Source: an uncultured bacterium
Lineage (GTDB): Bacteria > Auribacterota > JABMQX01 > JAFGEW01
Direction: 5' to 3'
NCBI GenBank assembly: GCA_965369835.1
Contig: CBDUSE010000003.1
Coordinates: 1 to 50,766 of the forward strand
DNA: 50,766 bases
Part shown: piece after piece, positions 1 through 8,177 of the stretch
How positions within the stretch are numbered: position 1 is the stretch's first letter
Layout: each line of letters begins with the position of its first letter
Translations under genes and position numbers: made by a program
Notes under the pieces: generated by a model
Seen by the model: only the letters and a program-made list of their open reading frames with translations
Database searches by the model: none
Told to the model about the DNA's origin: nothing

Positions 1-101
1 GCACGAGCCAAAGCGGTCTTGGATAATCAATCAACTGCGTGAAACACTACACTAGGCTTGCGGCCACAACACCACACCCAGCCGCGCGGGGAGGAACGAC
101 G

Positions 102-1550
102 ATGCTCAAGCCGCAGTACCCGTACTGGCTCGGCGGCAAGCCGGTCGCCGACAACACCGACCTCGAGGTGACGAACAAGCACACGGGCGAGACGGCGACG
201 CGAGTCGCCCGTGCCGGACCGGACGCGGTTGCCGAAGCGATACGACTCGCGGCCGAGGCGGCCGAACCGATGCGCAGGCTGCCGGCATACAAGCGCCAGG
301 AAGCGCTCAATCACGTCGTCCGCGCAATCGCCGATCGGCACGAGGAGCTTTCCGAAACGCTGGCGATCGAGGCGGGCAAGCCAATACGCGATGCGCGCGG
401 CGAGGTGACCCGCTCACTCGACACCTTCCGCATCGCGGCCGAGGAAGCGGTCCGCATCTACGGCGAGTACCAGCCGCTCGACATCTCGCCGCGCGCCGAC
501 GGGTATGAGGGGATCTGGAAGCGGGTGCCGATCGGCCCGTGCGCGTTCATCACGCCGTTCAACTTCCCGCTCAACCTTGCCGCGCACAAGGTCGCGCCGG
601 CGCTCGCGGTCGGCTGCCCCTTCGTGCTCAAGCCCGCGACGCTTACGCCGGTCACGTCGCTCATGCTCGGCGAGATCCTCACCGAGGCGGGCCTGCCTGA
701 GGGCGCGTTCAGCATCCTGCCGTGCGGGCACGAGGCGGCCGACCTCCTCGTCACCGACGACCGGCTCAAGCTGCTGTCGTTTACCGGCTCGCCCGAGGTC
801 GGCTGGGCGCTCAAGGCGAGGTCGGGCAAGAAGAAGGTCCTCCTGGAGCTTGGCGGCAACGCCGGCTGCATCGTCGAGCCGGACGCCGACCTCGACTTCG
901 CCACGAAAAGAATCATCACTGGCGCGTTCTACCAGTCCGGCCAGAGCTGTATCAGCGTCCAGCGCATCTACATCCACGAATCAATCTACGAAGAAATAAA
1001 GCAGCGGCTCGTGGCGGCCGCATCAGCGCTCAAGTGGGGCGACCCGCTCGACGAGGAGACGTTTCTCGGCCCGCTTATCACCGAGGACGATGCTGTGCGG
1101 ATCGAGACGTGGGTGAACGAAGCGGTCGCGGCGGGTGCGAAGATCGCCTGCGGCGGCACACGCCACGGCGCGTTCTACGAGGCGACGTTCCTCGAAAAGG
1201 TTGACCCGGGGCAGAAGATCAGTTGCGTCGAAGCGTTCGGGCCGGTGGCGACGATCGAGCCGTACAGCGACTTCGCCGACGCCTGCGCGCGCGTCAACGA
1301 CAGCGTCTATGGCCTGCAGGCGGGCGTCTTCACCCGCGACATCCACAAGGCTTTCTGGGCGTTCAACGAGCTCGAAGTCGGCGGCGTGGTCGTCAACGAC
1401 ATCCCCTCGATGCGTGTGGACAGCATGCCGTACGGCGGGGTGAAGAACTCCGGCCTCGGCCGCGAGGGTATCCGCTTCGCCATCGAGGAGATGACCGAGA
1501 TCCGCCTCCTCGTCCTCAACCGCATCGGAAAACGCGAGAGTCTTGGCTGA
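102..1550 (+). CDS. NAD(P)-dependent aldehyde dehydrogenase family protein (GapN / lactaldehyde-DH-like)
   Basis: ORF 39..1550 (GTG). I prefer the ATG at 102 because GGGGAGGA (88-95) lies just upstream. The length is typical of the ALDH family. It has the catalytic-Glu motif LELGGNA and the catalytic-Cys motif GQSCIS. Confidence 0.9.
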   Translation: MLKPQYPYWLGGKPVADNTDLEVTNKHTGETATRVARAGPDAVAEAIRLAAEAAEPMRRLPAYKRQEALNHVVRAIADRHEELSETLAIEAGKPIRDARGEVTRSLDTFRIAAEEAVRIYGEYQPLDISPRADGYEGIWKRVPIGPCAFITPFNFPLNLAAHKVAPALAVGCPFVLKPATLTPVTSLMLGEILTEAGLPEGAFSILPCGHEAADLLVTDDRLKLLSFTGSPEVGWALKARSGKKKVLLELGGNAGCIVEPDADLDFATKRIITGAFYQSGQSCISVQRIYIHESIYEEIKQRLVAAASALKWGDPLDEETFLGPLITEDDAVRIETWVNEAVAAGAKIACGGTRHGAFYEATFLEKVDPGQKISCVEAFGPVATIEPYSDFADACARVNDSVYGLQAGVFTRDIHKAFWAFNELEVGGVVVNDIPSMRVDSMPYGGVKNSGLGREGIRFAIEEMTEIRLLVLNRIGKRESLG

Positions 1551-1696
1551 AGCGAGCCGGGCCGGCACTCCAAAGGGCGCTACAGGACTACTTCGCCTTG
1601 TCCGCCCGGTCCCTCGATCCCCAAGGCAGCATTCAACACTAGCCGCTTCGCGGATTCACCTGAGTATATGCGAAGCTGCACGATCAAGAACCAAGC

Positions 1697-1883
1697 GGCT
1701 TCATGACAAACCGGGAGAGGCTGCTTCGCACAAGCCCGCCTTGGCGGGCTTCCTGTGCTCTTTAGGCCGGTGCTTTAGCGCCGGTACAACTGCCGCCACT
1801 CATGCCACGCCGAGCGCGTTTCAACGCGCTTGCCCGCCGAAGGCGCGCCTTCCCGTGTGGAGGCAAGGCGCTTAAGCGCCCGC
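1697..1883 (+). repeat. ~188-nt multi-hairpin dispersed repeat, copy 1
   Basis: Aligns by eye over its whole length, in the same orientation, with 43611..43798; most positions are identical. It is a chain of GC hairpins: GCCCGCC-TT-GGCGGGC, CCGGTGC-TTTA-GCGCCGG, AGCGCGTT-TC-AACGCGCT and the palindrome GGCGCTTAAGCGCC. Confidence 0.8.
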
Positions 1884-1903
1884 GATCTGGGGAAGCCCGT
1901 TGA
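1853..1903 (+). repeat. 51-bp perfect direct repeat, left copy
   Basis: ccgtgtggaggcaaggcgcttaagcgcccgcgatctggggaagcccgttga is identical base for base to 2168..2218. Identity breaks on both flanks. Confidence 0.95.
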
Positions 1904-1980
1904 TGGTCATCAATAAAATCTTGTGACACCGCAACGCGTTTGGTGCACGAGCCTGTCTGCCCCAGACTGGCCGACAGATT

Positions 1981-2103
1981 GTAGCGCCGGCGTCCCGCCG
2001 GCTGTCTCGGGGGCGTCTCGCCCCCGGTCCCTAGGTCGGTAGTTGAAAGGCGGTATCGGCGGGCAGGATGCCCGCCGGACAGCCGGCAAGATGCCGGCGC
2101 TAC
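1981..2103. repeat. REPIN-like inverted pair of 26-nt hairpin units
   Basis: 1981..2006 (gtagcgccggcgtcccgccggctgtc) matches the reverse complement of 2078..2103 at 23 of 26 positions. The three differences are all in the loop. The 71-nt spacer carries two further hairpins, CGGGGGCG-TCT-CGCCCCCG and GGCGGGCA-GGA-TGCCCGCC. Confidence 0.8.
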
Positions 2104-2167
2104 GACGCTGGCGCGTCACTGAATCCGCCATGTCAAACTGATTCGTTGAAGACCATCACCGCGCTTG

Positions 2168-2218
2168 CCGTGTGGAGGCAAGGCGCTTAAGCGCCCGCGA
2201 TCTGGGGAAGCCCGTTGA
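2168..2218 (+). repeat. 51-bp perfect direct repeat, right copy
   Basis: Identical to 1853..1903. Here the terminal hairpin is complete (AGCCCGT-TGAA-ACGGGCT, continuing to 2226), whereas the left copy is cut after ...cccgttga. Confidence 0.95.
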
Positions 2219-2289
2219 AACGGGCTCGATTGTGGGGGGTGTGTCGTCCGGTATACCAGCCCTAAAGGACTGGCCTGCGAACACAACAA

Positions 2290-2570
2290 GGCCGTTGAAA
2301 CGGCCCCTCTTTCTTCTGCTTCAAGCTCTTTCTGCCATTCCTCCTCGGTTGGCCAATCGTATTTGTCCAGGTCGCTCGGTATGTCCACCCAATCCTCGCC
2401 CTTGAGCCAGCGGTCGCGGTCCTCACTCGAGTCGAAGAGCAGGAAACGGAAGTGCTGACCGTCGTACCAGAACCCGAGGCGATCCCGACATCCGCCGCCT
2501 GCTTGCGCCTATCATCCACCAGGCCCGCGACAAGGACGCGGAGGCGCTCGGGTATCTGGAACGAACGCAC
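2290..2570 (-). pseudogene. Possible decayed small gene (two reading frames, no intact start-to-stop frame)
   Basis: On the minus strand one frame reads VRSFQIPERLRVLVAGLVDDRRKQAADVGIASG. A second frame continues protein-like as RLGFWYDGQHFRFLLFDSSEDRDRWLKGEDWVDIPSDLDKYDWPTEEEWQKELEAEE. That second frame is closed just upstream by TGA TAG and runs downstream into the hairpin repeats. Confidence 0.3.
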
Positions 2571-2596
2571 GGAGAGCAGGCTTTCGTCTGTGCGAA

Positions 2597-3666
2597 CTAG
2601 TGTCTGTGGCGGGGAATCTTGTTCGGTCCCCAGACGTACTTGCCCGAGGTGTTGATGTAGCCACGCGTTCTCCCAACGATGACGCGGGCGCGGCCCTCAG
2701 AGAACTCCGCGGCACGGTCGAACTGGTGTTTGATCACCAACTTGCCGGTCTTATCGATGTAGCCCCACTTGCCACCCATATCGACGGCGGCGAAACCCTC
2801 GGAGAAGGGCTCTGCATACTCGAAGGTCAGGGGGATGACCACCTTACCGGTCTTGCGATGAAGCCGGCCTTGCCATGCTTCTTGATGGCACCCAGACCCT
2901 CTGAGAACGGGCGTGCGAGCTCGAAAGACCCGGGGATGACAACCTTGCCTGTGGCGTCAGCGTAGGCGAGCTCATGGATGATGCCAGAGCCGCCCGGTCT
3001 CGCGGCTAGGCGAAGGTCGACGGGAATCAGTCCCTCGCTCACGGCATCGTAGCCGCTTTCGAAGGGCACGCCGAGCTTTCTGCCTAATCGATCTATCACG
3101 AGCTTCTTGCCGTTGAGGACGACGACGGCCATTCCATCGTTGAACTCGTATGCGTACTTGAACTCAGGCAGGATGAGCATCCTGCCCGTCTTATCAATGT
3201 AGCCCCACTTGTCGCCGATCATCACGGCGGCAAGTCCTTTGGAGAATGGCCCGGCGGAGTCGAACTTGAGGTCGATGACGATTGTGCCTGACTTGTCCGC
3301 ATAGCCCCACATGTCGCCGACCATCACGTTCGTCAGGCCTTCTGAGAAGGGTTGAGGGAAACGGCCTATCTCGCGAAGCACCTCGTGGCCACTCTTGTCG
3401 ATGTAGCCAGAACCCGCGCAGGTGTAAACACCTGCCAAGCCCTCAGAGAAATCTCGTGCGTGCTCAAACTGTGGCTGGATTGCGACCTTTCCGCTTCGGT
3501 CGATGTAGCCCCACTTGTCGCCAACGAGAACAAGGGCCAACCCGTCTGAGAAGTCGCCGAACGATCCCCAGTCGTCCTGGAAACCGCCGCCATATGAGCA
3601 GCCTTTCGATCCACACCCCTGCCCCACGAGCATCAACATGAAGAGCACACCAGCCACGGGCCTCAT
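2597..3666 (-). pseudogene. WG (KWG)-repeat lipoprotein, broken by a 1-nt frameshift near 2853-2858
   Basis: The signal peptide has a lipobox (MLVGQGC). There are many GDKWGYID(K/R)(S/T)G ... F(S/N)EG(L/M)A repeat units. ORFs 2827..3666 and 2597..2842 overlap and the repeat pattern continues across the frame change: ...HGKAGFI|ARPVRW* versus the shifted ...KTGKVVIPLTFEYAEPFSEGFAAV. Confidence 0.75.
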
Positions 3667-3833
3667 GATTATTCTCCGATCCCAGTCGCGACGTGTTTCG
3701 GAAGTTGGTCATCGCATTCTATGGCTGTGAACGGGGGGATAGCAAGGGGGTTCCATTACTGCACTTGGCAGCCGGTTCGGACCGCTACGCTCGGCCGGTA
3801 ACGGAGCTCTTGCGTGCGAGGCCGTCGGGCGGT

Positions 3834-5438
3834 ATGGTCACTGGGTTGACGAGCGAGAAGCTGGAGCGTGCTGTGGCGGAGGTGATTGGGCGGCGTCGGT
3901 CGAACGCGCGCGGTGTGGGGGTTGTTCGGCGCAATGCGCGAACGTTTGCACGAGCTACCATGCTGGTCGCGGCGGCGCTCGTCGTGGCGTTCTTCGTGCA
4001 GGTGCTGATTGACGCCACGGCGCCCGGCAGCTCCCTGCACGAGGCGCTGCGCCGTCCCTGGACGATCAACGCTGACGAGCTGCGGCCGGCGATCTCGAAT
4101 ATCTCCCGGACGCTCAACCAGCTCACCACGGTCGTGATCATGGCGCTGGCGATCGCGGTGCCGCTCACGGCAAGCATGTACACGCCGAAGCTGCTCGAGA
4201 TTTTTTTGGGCGATCGTCTCAACCGGATCGTGCTCGGGCTGATCCTGTTCTCGACGGTGAACGTGTTATGGGTTGCCGCGCGGATCCAGAACGGCACTGT
4301 GCCACGGTTCGGGCTCGTGCTGACGTTCGTCCTGCTGCTGGCATGTTTCTCGGTCGTTCTCCCCTACTTCTTTTACGTGTTCCGATTCCTCCATCCGGCG
4401 GATATTCTCGACCGGCTCGAGCAGAGCGCGGCGCGCCTCGTGCGCAAGCTGCCCGATCTGGCGCGCCGCGGACGGATCGCAGCCCTCCAAGCGGACGTGC
4501 GCAAGCGCATCGAGCACGTCACGAGCCTGGGGATGCGATCGCTCGACGGCGCCGACCGCGAGGTGACGCGAGCGGCGCTTGGCTCGATCCAGGCGGTGAT
4601 GGAGGCGTACGCGAGTGTCAAGCACGAACTGCCCGAGGCGTGGTTCGAGCCGACGTTCAGGGACGCCATGCGCATGTCGAACGAAGCGATGGACGCGCTC
4701 GAGGAAGACCGGACCTGGGTCGAGATGGAGTGCCTGCGCCAGGTCGAGCTTGTCTTCCTGGCGGCGCTCGACAGGGCGCCGGACCTCGTCGGGGCCGCGT
4801 GCCAGGTGCTGCGCGAGGTCGGCCTGCGCGCCGCGCGCGATGATCGCCTGCCCGTGCTCGGGCTCGCCACGGACTTCTTCCACTCGTTCATCCGCGCGAC
4901 GATCAACCGCCGGGAGGTGCGCAGCGCCTACCACGTGCTCTACCAGTACCGGCTGCTCGCGGAGGGCTTGATCGAGGGCGCGCCGGACACCGTGGGCGAG
5001 ATGGCCCAGCGCCTGCGCTACTACGCCGAGGCGGCCGTGCACGCGGGCCTGAACTTCGTCGCCGAGACAATCGCCTACGACCTCGGCACCCTTTGCCACA
5101 AGGCGCACGAGACCGGCTCACCGGCGTTCGAGCCGGCCATCGCGGCCCTCGGGTCGCTGCCGCGCAAGAGCCTGCGTGGACAACCGCTCAAGGGAGTGCA
5201 CAAGGCGTCGCTCATCCTTGCCGCGCGGCTCGAGCTCGAGGACGACGTAGCGCGCGGCGCACCGCTGCTCGCGCCACTCAAGGGGCTTGGCGCCGACGTT
5301 TGGGCCGAGTTCTTTGCCGATCTTTTGGATGACCCGCCGGAGCGCTTCTGGGAGGTGACCGACCGGCTCGTCAACTTCGACTACACGCCGCCCGAGGTCC
5401 GCGAGGCGATCGAGCGCCTCCGCGCCCGGATGGGGTAA
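3834..5438 (+). CDS. Integral membrane protein: four N-terminal TM helices plus a ~340-aa helical soluble domain (DUF2254-like architecture, unverified)
   Basis: ORF 3693..5438, with the ATG at 3834 preferred. Hydrophobic helices are MLVAAALVVAFFVQVLI, VVIMALAIAVPLTASMY, IVLGLILFSTVNVLWVAA and LVLTFVLLLACFSVVLPYFFYVF. GC3 bias is strong throughout. Confidence 0.7.
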   Translation: MVTGLTSEKLERAVAEVIGRRRSNARGVGVVRRNARTFARATMLVAAALVVAFFVQVLIDATAPGSSLHEALRRPWTINADELRPAISNISRTLNQLTTVVIMALAIAVPLTASMYTPKLLEIFLGDRLNRIVLGLILFSTVNVLWVAARIQNGTVPRFGLVLTFVLLLACFSVVLPYFFYVFRFLHPADILDRLEQSAARLVRKLPDLARRGRIAALQADVRKRIEHVTSLGMRSLDGADREVTRAALGSIQAVMEAYASVKHELPEAWFEPTFRDAMRMSNEAMDALEEDRTWVEMECLRQVELVFLAALDRAPDLVGAACQVLREVGLRAARDDRLPVLGLATDFFHSFIRATINRREVRSAYHVLYQYRLLAEGLIEGAPDTVGEMAQRLRYYAEAAVHAGLNFVAETIAYDLGTLCHKAHETGSPAFEPAIAALGSLPRKSLRGQPLKGVHKASLILAARLELEDDVARGAPLLAPLKGLGADVWAEFFADLLDDPPERFWEVTDRLVNFDYTPPEVREAIERLRARMG

Positions 5439-5515
5439 ACGGCCCTTTGAATCGGCAGCGGCCTGGGGTATTATGCCCGGCGCTCGCGCCAATTACAGCC
5501 AACGGAGGAGAGGCT

Positions 5516-8020
5516 ATGTCAAGACAGCTCGCGTTCTTCTGCGCTCTCGGTTGCATGCTCGCAGTGACTGCGGCACCGGCGAAGGGCCCGGACCGGAACG
5601 TCATCATCGTCAAGGACCTCAAGGTGCTCGTCCTGGTGTACCGGGGCGAGGAGAACGCCGAGCCCGCGAAGCGCATTGACGACGAGGAGCTGGAGATCTT
5701 CAAGAACGCGATCGAGTGCGGGCGGCTGTTCTATTTCCGCAACACGTTCGGCAAGCTGAACCTCACGGTCGAATACCTGCTCGTGGACACAGCGGCCGCA
5801 GACCACGACGGGCCGACCTACGAGCACTTCGAGCAGGACCTGCGCGACCACGGCATCCGCGAAAACCAGTACGACGGCGTCTTTACCACCGGCATCGGCA
5901 TGCGCGCCAACTATGGCGGGTTCACGATCCTCGGCAAGACGGGCGCGGCGTTCGGCGGTGGTGGTCTCGGCGGCCAGCTCCGCCAGTTCCCCTCGGCAGA
6001 CAAGGGGGTCAGTTACGATTTGAGCTGGATATTCGTGCACGAGTTCCAGCACGCGCTCGACCTCTCGATCGCCGGCGGCGCCGGGTTCCCCGAGTTCATC
6101 CACGGCCACCCCTACGCCGATCAGGCGGAACACCCGGACCGCGTGATCGTCAAGCCCGGCGCGCAGCACTGGGACTGGGAGGCCTGTACGCTGAGGAACT
6201 TCGACCGCTACATAGACATCCGGGGCGCGACCGGTAGCACCATCATCGCCACCGATACCGACGGCGACGGCCTGGCAGACAGGAACGCGAGCCTTCCGAT
6301 GGACGAGGCCCGTTTCGGATCCAACCCCACCAAGGCGGATACCGACGGCGACGGCCTCGACGATCTGGCCGAGTTCTGTGCCGACATCTACCTCGGCGCC
6401 GACCCGACAAACAAGGACTCCGACGGCGACGGCGTCCGCGACGGCAGGGACCCGTGGCCGACCGTGGCGATCCGGCCAGTGATCGAGTACGCCTACCCCG
6501 CGCCGAACCTCGACGGCCACATTGACTCGGTGTACCAGCCGCTGATCGGTCGCTGGTATGCGACCGACTGGGAGGCCCTCGATAAGAAAGCAGTCGTCAC
6601 GTACGCCTGCTGGGACGAGGAGACGCTCTACATCGCAGCGAAGGCGCCGGCGAAGTTCGGCCTCGAGTTGCAGATAGACACATCGGCGGGCAACGGCTTC
6701 TGGGAAGGCGGCGACACGTACTTCCTGACCGTGAACCCGGACGGCCAGCCCGAGTGGCGCATCCCCAAGAACCCTGAGTCCGACGAGGCAAAGGCGGCCT
6801 GGGGGAAGGACGCCTCCGGCAACGTTGTCCTCGAGATGGCGCTGCCCGTGCGCATCGGCCAAGGCTGGAGCCGCGAGGCAAACTACGGCGGGCCGAGGCT
6901 GCCCGAGGACGTGACCGACGGCATGATCCTGCTCGACGGCCGCGAGGTGTCGTTCAATATCGCGCTCAACTTCCCGGAGGGCAACCGGCGCGTCTTGCTC
7001 ACGCCGACCTGGACAATGATCTCGACGAGGCTCGACAAGGACTTTCGCGATCCTGACATGCCGCTGCTCCGGTTCACTAAAAAGATGCAGCGCACCGCCA
7101 CGCCCGTGGTCCGCGTTGACGGCGTGCGCAGGACAACGCGCGTGACCATCCTGGACGAGGCGGGCAACAAGCTCGGCAGACGGCTCGGCAGCGGCGAGAT
7201 CACACTCAAGGGCGTCAGGATCGGCAGCGACCCGGAATCGGGCAGGAACGTGCTTGTCGCGCGGACCTCGACGAAGAAAGAATCGCGCCCGTTCGAGCTG
7301 GTCGTGGACACCTCAGCGCAGCCGCCCGTGATCGGGAAGGGCGAACCGGCCGAGTCCGGGGCGATGACGCTCATCGTTACGGGCGAGCCCGGCGCCGCCG
7401 TCACGGTCGAATACCAGGCAGAGCCGGACGCGTGGTTGCCCGTCGCATCCGCAACTCTCGACGAGAGCGGAAAGGCAGTCGTCGAGGTGGACCTCGCATT
7501 CAGAGGTTTCCGCGGCGAGTACTTCAACACGAAGAAATGGACCGAGCCGGCGATCTACCGCGTGGACCCCGAGATCAAGTTCGACTACGAGGCCGGCTCG
7601 CCGGTCAAAGGGCTGATTGATCCTGAGTCGTTCAGCATCCGCTGGACCGGCTTCATGCGCATCGAGCAAGAGACCCGCGCGGCTTTTTTTCTCTCGACCG
7701 ACGACGGCTCGAGGCTCTACATTGACGACACGTTGGTCGTGGACCACTGGGGCCATCACGGCAAGGAGGAGAAGTCGGGCGAGACGACGCTCAAGCCGGG
7801 GACGCACGTACTGCGCATGGACTACTACGAGGAGTACGGCTGGGCCGCGGCGCACCTCGAGTGGCAGCCCGAGGGGGGCGAGCGGACGTACGCGCTCCCC
7901 GTCGTGGCGTTTCGGTCGGCGCTGTCCAAGACAGGGCAGCACTGCTTCCGTGCACGGCAGGTGGACGTGCTCGGTAACCGCTCGGCGCCGTCGTCCGTTT
8001 TCGAGATCGCGCCCGAATAG
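5516..8020 (+). CDS. Secreted multidomain protein: HExxH region, TSP3-like Ca-binding repeats, CBM9/DOMON-like region, Ig-like region, C-terminal PA14 domain
   Basis: ORF 5447..8020. The ATG at 5516 follows GGAGGAG (5504-5510). The signal peptide is MSRQLAFFCALGCMLAVTAAPAKG. It carries VHEFQHALD and three DxDGDG repeats (DTDGDGLAD, DTDGDGLDD, DSDGDGVRD). The PA14-like C-terminus reads GFRGEYFN...SIRWTG...FFLSTDDGSRLYIDD...HLEW. Confidence 0.85.
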   Translation: MSRQLAFFCALGCMLAVTAAPAKGPDRNVIIVKDLKVLVLVYRGEENAEPAKRIDDEELEIFKNAIECGRLFYFRNTFGKLNLTVEYLLVDTAAADHDGPTYEHFEQDLRDHGIRENQYDGVFTTGIGMRANYGGFTILGKTGAAFGGGGLGGQLRQFPSADKGVSYDLSWIFVHEFQHALDLSIAGGAGFPEFIHGHPYADQAEHPDRVIVKPGAQHWDWEACTLRNFDRYIDIRGATGSTIIATDTDGDGLADRNASLPMDEARFGSNPTKADTDGDGLDDLAEFCADIYLGADPTNKDSDGDGVRDGRDPWPTVAIRPVIEYAYPAPNLDGHIDSVYQPLIGRWYATDWEALDKKAVVTYACWDEETLYIAAKAPAKFGLELQIDTSAGNGFWEGGDTYFLTVNPDGQPEWRIPKNPESDEAKAAWGKDASGNVVLEMALPVRIGQGWSREANYGGPRLPEDVTDGMILLDGREVSFNIALNFPEGNRRVLLTPTWTMISTRLDKDFRDPDMPLLRFTKKMQRTATPVVRVDGVRRTTRVTILDEAGNKLGRRLGSGEITLKGVRIGSDPESGRNVLVARTSTKKESRPFELVVDTSAQPPVIGKGEPAESGAMTLIVTGEPGAAVTVEYQAEPDAWLPVASATLDESGKAVVEVDLAFRGFRGEYFNTKKWTEPAIYRVDPEIKFDYEAGSPVKGLIDPESFSIRWTGFMRIEQETRAAFFLSTDDGSRLYIDDTLVVDHWGHHGKEEKSGETTLKPGTHVLRMDYYEEYGWAAAHLEWQPEGGERTYALPVVAFRSALSKTGQHCFRARQVDVLGNRSAPSSVFEIAPE

Positions 8021-8177
8021 GTGGAGAAGGAGTGAAGCTGGACGCTGGAGCGAGGAACCGGGGTCCTCGAAAAAACCGTGCATACGCGCTTCGTATGGCG
8101 CATACTGCCTGCGTGTTGCAGAGGGAAAACGCTTGATTGGGGGTGCTCTTGCACCCAACGAAGGGAGGTGTTTCACT

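Noticed and set aside
1697-2310. Whether the recurring hairpins could be a CRISPR array.
   Set aside because: The repeats differ in sequence, length and orientation. There is no regular repeat-spacer periodicity, and no cas genes lie in the window.
1543-2405. Track ORFs 1543..1875(+), 1910..2131(-), 2116..2388(-) and 2172..2405(+) inside the repeat island.
   Set aside because: Their translations are the typical artefacts of GC hairpin repeats (strings such as GRDAPETAGGTPALQ and KPALAGF). They have no RBS or start context, and their frames are set by palindromes. Only the 5' part of 2116..2388 looks protein-like; that part is reported separately as a remnant.
6240-6460. The DTDGDG-encoding repeats as a DNA-level tandem repeat or variable region.
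   Set aside because: The repeats are only similar at the protein-motif level (calcium-binding loops). The nucleotide sequences and the spacers differ.
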